A DNA stretch of 36,663 nucleotides, taken from positions 1 to 36,663 of the forward strand of contig QPMI01000422.1 in assembly GCA_004431415.1 (NCBI GenBank), in the 5' to 3' direction. Position 1 is the first letter of the stretch, and each line of letters begins with the position of its first letter. Shown here piece after piece: positions 29,901 to 36,663 of this stretch. The DNA comes from Cyanophora paradoxa CCMP329 (lineage: Eukaryota > Plantae > Glaucophyta). The position numbers and the translations under genes are program-made. A model generated the notes under the pieces. That model was not told the origin of the DNA, made no database searches, and saw nothing but the letters and a program-made list of their open reading frames with translations.

Positions 29901-31438
29901 CGAATACATTACAGCCAATAACACCATGTTGTGGGATCGGTCAATTACCAACGAATGCGCCACTTTATTTGGAACAATGGTTTTTCCACATTCGCAAATA
30001 TATACGATAAACGTTATTATGTCGGGAAATGCTTACGCAGAGCATATTATGCAATGGATGAAACAGTAATACAAAGATTGCAAAACTTGTTTCAGAACAG
30101 CGTGTCAATAAAGACCAGTATATACAAACAGGGAAATTCTCAAAATCTTTGACAATCACAGGTCCGGGTCATTGGGGATTTCACAGGTTGTCACATTCCC
30201 GAAAGCATTTGCGGAAGCCCAGAAGTGGTTCTCATCTGATACAGGATATAATGGTGTCATATGTATTGTATATGGTGTCACAAGTTCCACAACAACAACA
30301 TTTACTATTCATGCAACAATTTCGGCAGAACATGCATTCAATGAAAGCATGGACTTTTCACTATCAAATGAGTTATATAGCAACAGGGAAGATGGTAGCA
30401 TAATATTCTCACGTAATAATAATAATATTCTCACGTATATAAAGAACAATCAAAAGATGTCGACAGTATTCACGCCTGTCTTCTCCTGAGCGCCTCAGCT
30501 GTCCACAACGTGCAACACACTATATATGATCTAAGTGAGTCATTCCCTTCGACTGAGACAGCGAAAACGATTCTTTCAATGAGACCTCCATTCTCAGAGT
30601 CAAAGAACTCAGAGCTGACAAGGCTGGTGGAATCGTTAAAGCTACTGAACTGATCGTATCGAATCGACCCGCAATCTCTTCGGGGCTGGTCACCAAAGAA
30701 ATCTATATGAAGGTCAACAGGATTCCAAACGGCTTTAATCCGGCTGATAGGAATTCGGCGCTTTTCAGTTATTATGGTGGTGCCTGGATCGGATGGACTG
30801 AGTGTGAATGGGAGTGCAACAATTACTGGAAGCCTTTCAGCTTCGGGTGGATTCACTGGTTTACTCACAGCAAGTGGTGGATTAAACGATTCTATGATAC
30901 TGTGGGGCAACTGATAATTTTACGATAAAGAGAAACGGGGCAAACTGTTGCTTCTACATATTCAACAGGTGTGTCTCCAAATGATTCGTATGGTTTAACA
31001 ATAAATGGGAGTAAATGCTATCTTGCTCTTCCAAACCACCCCCGTTTCTGTGTTGCACTAACAGCTCCAATCGCTACAAACGGAACCATTGGTAACTGGA
31101 ATTATACATTTCTAAATCATGGAAACCATCTAGCAACATCAACAGGCATCTTCACAGCACCTGTTTCAGGTCACTACAAGTTCATCTTCTCAGGAGTAAC
31201 AACAGCAAATAATGTTAATACACAGGTTATCCTGCGACAAAGTAACCTTACAACTCAACTTATTGCACATTCTCCTGGACTTGGATCACCACTGAGTAGA
31301 TCTATTGGGTTTAATTTTAGTGTTAATATGGGAGCGGGAGATACTGTGAGGTTAGATCTTTATGGTGGTGGATTGGATTCAGCAGGAACACCGGCGATGT
31401 ATACTGTGTGGTCTGGTGAATTAATTTCTGCAACATAG
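26957..31438 (+). CDS. Phage-tail-fibre-like protein B ending in a C1q/TNF-like head domain; multiply frameshifted in this sequence
   Basis: ATG at 26957 after an AT-rich spacer. Repeats HTHTKSEITDF, HLWEHITNRPLTFPPDPHTH and FATVATTGNYDDL. Intact C1q domain NHGNHLATSTGIFTAPVSGHYKF...MGAGDTVRL...TVWSGELI (30971-31438). Confidence 0.6.
28696..29125 (+). repeat. Internal tandem duplication (~224-bp unit) in fibre gene B
   Basis: Both units carry GGTGATGTGCATGC...CCTGTTGTCCACCTTGGTGCTGAATATGTATTAGATCCAA. A more diverged copy (PVVHTGREFILGDNTP) lies near 27390-27460. Confidence 0.8.
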
Positions 31439-31447
31439 AATAAAAGA

Positions 31448-31709
31448 ATGTCGAACATCTACCAAGTGTTCTAACTGACACTGGAAACTGGGAATGGAAT
31501 ACTGTGCCTACTCTGTTCAGGATTGGATCGATAATATGGCTCATAATAGGGCGAGAATCGCGATTGATGAGATTGTGGACAAAGAAGTTAAATCGTGTAT
31601 TGCCGCTGGAATTCCGATTCCACTCACAAAGGAAGCGATTGTGGAGCAAGCATTTAATCGGGGGACTGTTCGAAAGGCAAGCGAAATTCCTGTAAGTGCT
31701 CCTATGTAA
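31448..31709 (+). CDS. Small fibre-associated protein (probable start 31448, with an indel before 31494)
   Basis: MEYCAYSVQDWIDNMAHNRARIAIDEIV... follows the C1q stop after 9 bp. From memory it resembles small proteins encoded after C1q tail fibres in tailed phages; unverified. Confidence 0.55.
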
Positions 31710-31798
31710 AGAATTCGAAGAATGAGAGAGGCGCAGCCGAGGCAGCTTGTCTGACGACTGGGTTTATTGTTATTTTTCATAGATCATGCATAAGAAAG

Positions 31799-32654
31799 GC
31801 ATGTATCTTGCATAGTGGGCGGGGCGCGAGTGGTTCCAGTGCATTAAATGGAACATTTCGATTGAAGTCGCGAGTTTGTGCAGGTGGGCATTTTCGGCAT
31901 GCTTGCTCATGCACATACTCGCTTTAAAAATATAAAATGAAATTCGGTTTAACTCTTACGAGTTTTGCTATAACACTCTCGGCATTGATAGTTGAGACCA
32001 TCCTTCGTTCTTTGTCTTTTATTAAACTCACTTGCAAGCTTCTCAATCTTGCAGTGCGAGCATATCTTCGATTGCACTTCGATTTTCGGACGCGTTTTTA
32101 ACACGAAATGATAAAGGTAATTGTGATAGTCTCGGTCGCAGACTTTGCATCTCCAATTTAAAGTAACATTCCCTGAGCTACGCTTTTGCAATGCATAACT
32201 CGATGCCGGTTTTACCTTATCGCAAACATTGCACCGCTTAGTCTCAGGTAGATTTACTTGATTGCTTGCCATTGTTACAGTATATTAACTGGAAGTCTTT
32301 AAGTGGGGATCACTTGTTTAATTGGTGGGCTCACCTTGATTTTTCAATTTGGGTAACTGAAAACAGTCCGGAAACGATCGGGAACATTTCGTAAAAATGA
32401 GGGTCTTACTGTCCTTACTGAGAGATCGGGGGAAAGTTAAAGGGCTTACTGGGAATGGTAAGGAATTAGAAAAATGAAGAATGAAAGGGTTTCGTGATTG
32501 GTTTCAGTAAGGAAGGGTTAGATGTTTGAAAAATACAATGTGGCTCAGTGCGAATTTGTGATTTTGTGACTGAGATTCGTGATGCTGAAAATGTGCTTAT
32601 TGAAAATGGTCGCGGGAAGGTCGCGCAATTGGTGGGGGCTACCCCCATGCGAGC
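31799..32654 (-). repeat. Right terminal inverted repeat (856 bp)
   Basis: Reverse complement of 6937-7793; ends ...GGGGGCTACCCCCATGCGAGC. Confidence 0.95.
31949..32272 (-). CDS. TIR-encoded tandem zinc-finger protein (copy 2)
   Basis: Same 107-aa sequence as 7320-7643. Confidence 0.8.
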   Translation of the reverse strand: MASNQVNLPETKRCNVCDKVKPASSYALQKRSSGNVTLNWRCKVCDRDYHNYLYHFVLKTRPKIEVQSKICSHCKIEKLASEFNKRQRTKDGLNYQCRECYSKTRKS

Positions 32655-32660
32655 AGGCTC
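32655..32660 (+). repeat. Right target-site duplication AGGCTC
   Basis: Matches 6931-6936. Confidence 0.95.
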
Positions 32661-33924
32661 ACGAGCCGCCCGATCTCCGGCGGTAACGTCGTCAACTTGT
32701 TGTCGTTCGCGTAAAAACACTTCAAATTTACAAGCTGCCCGATCTCCGGCGGTAGCAATGTAAGCTGGCCATGGTTGTCACTGAGATTCAGCTCCCTCAG
32801 ATTCCCGAGCCGCCCGATCTCTGCAGGGAGCGTTCTCAACTCGTTTCGCTGCAACAAGAGCTTTTCCAGGTTCCCAAGCTGGCCGATCTCTGGCGGTAGA
32901 GCTGCAAGCTTGTTGTTGTCCGCACACAGCGTCCTCAGGTTCGCCAGCCGCCCGATCTCCGGAGGCAGCGCTGCGAGCCTGTTCTTGCTGATATTTAGGT
33001 TCTTCAGGCCCACCAGCTGCCCAATCTCTGGAGGCAATAGTACAAATGAACAGCCGGTCACAGAAAACTCCTCCAGGTTCACAAGTCGACCGATTTCCAG
33101 GGGAAGCGCTGTCAACGGATTGCCATCTGCATGCAGCTTCTTGAGGTGTAAGAACAGTCCAATCTCCTCTGGAGAGCCGGCAACCCACTGCAGGCCACGT
33201 TCAGCTCCTCCAGATTCGCCAGTCCTGCGAGCGCCGCCCAGGTTCCGGTGTTGCTCGTAATCATGGATGAAAAGTACTTGAGGTTCAGCACACGGAGCAT
33301 CTTGAGCTGCACAAACTCAGGCGGCAGCTGGGATCCGTAAAATTCCAGGTCGAGCAGCTGCAAATTCACAAGCTGTCTGATCTCCGCTGGCAGTGATGTC
33401 AGCCCGTTGTGTCCCAACGAGAGCTCCACCAGGTTCACGAGCTTCCCGATCTCCGGAGGCAGCGCCGTGAGCTCGTTCCTGCTGACGTCGAGCTTCTTCA
33501 GGTGCGTGAGCCGCCCGATCTCCCGTGCAGCGCCGCCAGCTTGTTGCTGCGCACGTACAACTCCTCCAGGTTTACGAGCTGCCCGATCTCCGGCGGGTAG
33601 CGATGTGAGCTCGTTGTCGCTGGCGAGAAGCCGCCTGAGGCCCGCGAGCCGCCCGATCTCCGGCGGCAACGCCGTCAGCCGATCAATGAATATATCGCCC
33701 TCCACATTCAGCTCCTCCAGGTTCGCCAGCTTCGCGAGCTCGGCCCAAGGGACGCTCGTGGCCGAGCAGCTCTTGAGGTCCAGCACGCGGATGTTCTCAG
33801 GGCCCGCCCGCTCGATCGCCGCCGCTGCAGCTGCGGCCGACTGCGCGTTTGCCGTCGTGAGGACCAGCTTCCCCTCGCCGGCAATCCATGTCCAGCCATC
33901 GATATCGACGTCCCCCGCATGCAT
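32655..33924 (-). CDS. Host LRR block 1, 5' half, interrupted by the virus (start uncertain; several 1-bp indels)
   Basis: Repeated LPPEIGxLxNLxxLxxxxNxL. The N-cap IERAGPENIRVLDL parallels IEQVGPKNIRVLDL in block 2. Ends ...LPPEIGRLVSL at the TSD. Confidence 0.88.
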
Positions 33925-34059
33925 TGATGTCCCGCCGGTCCCGGCCCTGCCTGCGACGCGCCCGCGCACGCGGCGCGATCGTGATCAGTTCGGTCCCAAG
34001 GCCGGCGCCGCGGCCGTAAATAAAAGCGCGGACTTCCGAGTGCAAAGTTCCAGTGGGCT

Positions 34060-34800
34060 AGCTATAGATCGAGGCTAGGCGCCCCAATTGCAAGCTTAAG
34101 GCGCGCGCGCCTTAAGCTTATGCATATATGATCTATCATAGTATCATAGTATAGCTAGCTCTAGATCATAGTATAGCTAGCTCTAGATCGATCGCGACTA
34201 GTACTCGGCGAGCTCGATCGCGAGCCGCCGCGCCCCAACTGCAAGGCGCGCGCGCCTCATGATCAGGGCTTTAAGCTTATATGCGCATATCATCTATCAT
34301 AGTATAGCTAGCTCTAGATCATATATATAGATCTATAAATATGCATATAGCTGGATAGCCAGTACTAGTGATCGTGATCATATGCATATATATGCATGAT
34401 AGAAAGTGCGGGGAGTCGGGGACCCCCATTCGTATACGTATATATACGGATCCCGGACGTATATACGCGTATTATGCGGCGTATACGTATACGTATCGAA
34501 GTTCTATGGCCAGTTGCAATTGGCCGGGCTAGATAGATCGAGGCGCCGCGGCGCCTATAGCTGATGCATGTATAGATATAGAAAGATAGCCAGTGATCAT
34601 ATGCATAGATATAATTGTATAGCGTACACGTATACGTATATATACGTGTACCGTGGTACGTATATATACATGTATGCATGCCGCAGCGCACGCCGTGCAC
34701 GTGATCATGATGAGCCGCGAGCAGCGCGCACCTTCAGAATGCTTATGTATACGTATGTGATCAGTACAGCGACAGTACTAGCGCTGTTCCCAGTCGCGCC
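34060..34800. repeat. Low-complexity non-coding region dense in short palindromes
   Basis: Perfect 28-bp palindrome AAGCTTAAGGCGCGCGCGCCTTAAGCTT (34092-34119), three copies of CATAGTATAGCTAGCTCTAGATC, and runs of TATA/GATC/CTAG/TGCA/ACGT. Confidence 0.7.
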
Positions 34801-35373
34801 GCCGATCTGATAGCGATCCTCACGGTCCGATCCTCACGGATCGGTACGGTTGCTGCAGCTGCTAGCTCAGCCTAGCAGGCCCTAGCTGGCACTTCAAGGA
34901 ATCAAGGCTTGCTGCAGACCGTCCGGACTCAGTGACTGTGCCACGGTGCTCTAAGATCTAGGTAGAGCCTAGAGGCAGCAGGCTCTGAGAGCTCGAGGAT
35001 CGCGCCGATCGCGGGCCGATTCGCGCGCGATTGCCAAAAAAAAAAGTTGGCCGCCGCGGCCGGCCGCACAGACTTCGGCACAGTGGCGCCGGCGTACTAG
35101 TAGTACTAGTAGTCTAGTACTACGGTACCACACTAGTGCGGCACTGCGGCACGTACGCTTACCGGCCCGGGTAGACCGGCCCGGGCTAGCCGGCTTTACG
35201 CCTAGTCGCCGCCTACGCTAGTACGTTAGCCCGTGTATATGTAGGCTCGGTGTATAGCCGGCAAGTCGGCGGCAACTTGGCGGCAAGCTACTAGGCTAGC
35301 GGCCCATGGCCAGTAGCGGGTAGATTAATTATAAAAAACAATGAATTTGTTTTTGGTGAATTACCGGCGCAAT

Positions 35374-35597
35374 TTACCGCGGCCGGTTTTTTTCAATGCG
35401 GGGAGGGCGCTCGGGGCGGGGCCGGGGGCGGGGCGGGGCCGGGGCCGGGGCCGGGGCGAGGCGGCGAGCCATGCGGGCGAAGCGGGACTCGCTGCGGGAG
35501 GCGGGGTCGGCGAGGAGGGCGCGGGGCGGGCCGGCCTCGACCACGCGGCCCCGCTTCAGCACCAGCACCCGGTCCGCGTCCGCGATCGTCCCCAGCG
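35374..35597 (-). CDS. Terminal exon of an ABC transporter (ABCC/MRP-like second nucleotide-binding domain)
   Basis: LGTIADADRVLVLKRGRVVEAGPPRALLADPASRSESRFARM matches the post-H-loop consensus. No upstream exons recognised in the window. Confidence 0.65.
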
Positions 35598-36663
35598 CTA
35601 GCCTGGCCCCGCCCCGGGCCCGGCGGCCCCGGCCCCGGCCCCGCCCGTCAGCCCAAGATATCGATCTAGATCTAGATCTAGAGGCCCCGCCCGGCAGCCG
35701 GGCGGGGCCCGGGGTTTAGAGCGAGGCCGAGGCGCGGGGCCGGGGCCCGCGGGCGGCCGCGGGCGCTGCGGGCACTGCAGGCATAGGTCCGGATCCAGCC
35801 ATGGCCAGGCAGGAAGGACTGCGCCGCTGTTTCCAGCTGCAGCGGCTCGGCACGGACCGGACCGTACGCGTCACTCAGAGCCGGGCCGGGGCGGGGGAGA
35901 TGTCACAGTGTACGTAGTTATAATTATAAGCGGAGGGGATCCGGAGTCCTAGCCCGCGTGCGGATCCGGAGGGGAGACTAAAATTAAAGGGATCCAGGAT
36001 CCGGAGGAGTTAAAATCCCAAATTTTAGAAGCGAGGATCAAAGGTGGAATATTATTTGATCGGCAGCCACGGGGATCCCCCCGCTGCCGGCCGGAGGGGA
36101 GGGGAGGAGGAAAATCCGGAAAAGGCATGCATGCGCATGCGCAGATCGATATCGATCAACTCGCGCCGCGTTCGACACACACGCGGCGTTCGCGATAATT
36201 CAAGCCGCAGCTGATCGATCGAGGCCATGGACGCGGATCAAGGCAGCAGCCCCGAGTACGTCGTCGAGTACGCGGGCTCCGTCCAGGGCCCGCTCCGCCA
36301 CGAGCACTTCCAGCAGGCGGTCCTCATGCAGGCCTTCCACGCGTCAAACCCGAACGGAGTTTCGAGAAGGCGCCCAATTACGACGAAGTGGGCGAAGGAA
36401 ACGGCCCCCGTCGCGGAATCCCGCACAAGCGAATCGGACTTTCGCGGGTGCGACCTTCTCAATTATATATATCTGATTCTCTGCGCCGAATCGCCGAATT
36501 CGCGCAAGGGGCTGCGAAAATCCGGATCGGCGACGACCCTCACGTGGCCGCTACGTTTTCGACGTCTTCAACGGCGCGTACGACTTCAGCCAGCGGAGCC
36601 CAAAAGAGATTGATCCGGATGAGATTCCGGATGACGTGCGCCGCGGGCACGCGGACAAGGGGC

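Larger units (their letters stand above)
6937..32654. mobile_element. Complete endogenous Polinton-like virus (Maverick/Polinton-related), 25,718 bp
   Basis: Long TIRs, 6-bp TSD, rve integrase, PolB-helicase, packaging ATPase, MCP and minor capsid genes. Genes are compact and intronless, and GC drops sharply relative to the flanks. Confidence 0.95.

Noticed and set aside
6937-32654. Classification as a canonical virophage or classical Polinton
   Set aside because: No adenain-like maturation protease recognised, the PolB is atypical and helicase-fused, and the termini are not AG...CT. Polinton-like virus is the safer label pending phylogeny.
6937-32654. Bacterial or phage contamination, or a chimeric join, suggested by speD and phage-like fibre genes
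   Set aside because: The TSD and the in-frame empty site show a precise biological insertion into the host gene.
34365-34810. Tyr/Ile/Thr-rich ORFs 34365..34700 and 34568..34810
   Set aside because: They are translations of TA/CG-alternating low-complexity sequence.

Overview
The window is GC-rich, intron-rich eukaryotic (protist-like) DNA carrying one complete endogenous Polinton-like dsDNA virus at 6937-32654 (25,718 bp). The element has ~857-bp terminal inverted repeats (TIRs) and a 6-bp target-site duplication (AGGCTC at 6931-6936 and 32655-32660). Its core genes are a double-jelly-roll major capsid protein, two head-to-head penton-like minor capsid proteins, an A32-type packaging ATPase, an rve integrase with Asn at the third catalytic position (D-D35-N) and a 1438-aa PolB/SF1-helicase/HNH fusion. 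No adenain-type maturation protease is recognisable. Cargo includes a bacterial-type S-adenosylmethionine decarboxylase, a patatin-discoidin fusion, a membrane-anchored lectin-like protein, a phage-like fibre with a C1q head, an F-box-like micro-ORF, AT-hook, DUF5710 and zinc-finger proteins, a higher-order palindromic repeat array and a shared upstream promoter-like motif. Removing the virus restores, in frame, a host minus-strand gene that reads as LRR blocks spliced to a C-terminal TIR (Toll/IL-1R) domain, i.e. an immune-receptor-like gene. The left flank holds the 3' part of DEPDC5/IML1 with GC-AG introns. The right flank has palindrome-rich non-coding DNA and an ABC-transporter terminal exon. 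Many single-base deletions between ~22.8 and 33.6 kb look like long-read errors. All protein calls are from motif recognition by eye, not from database searches.
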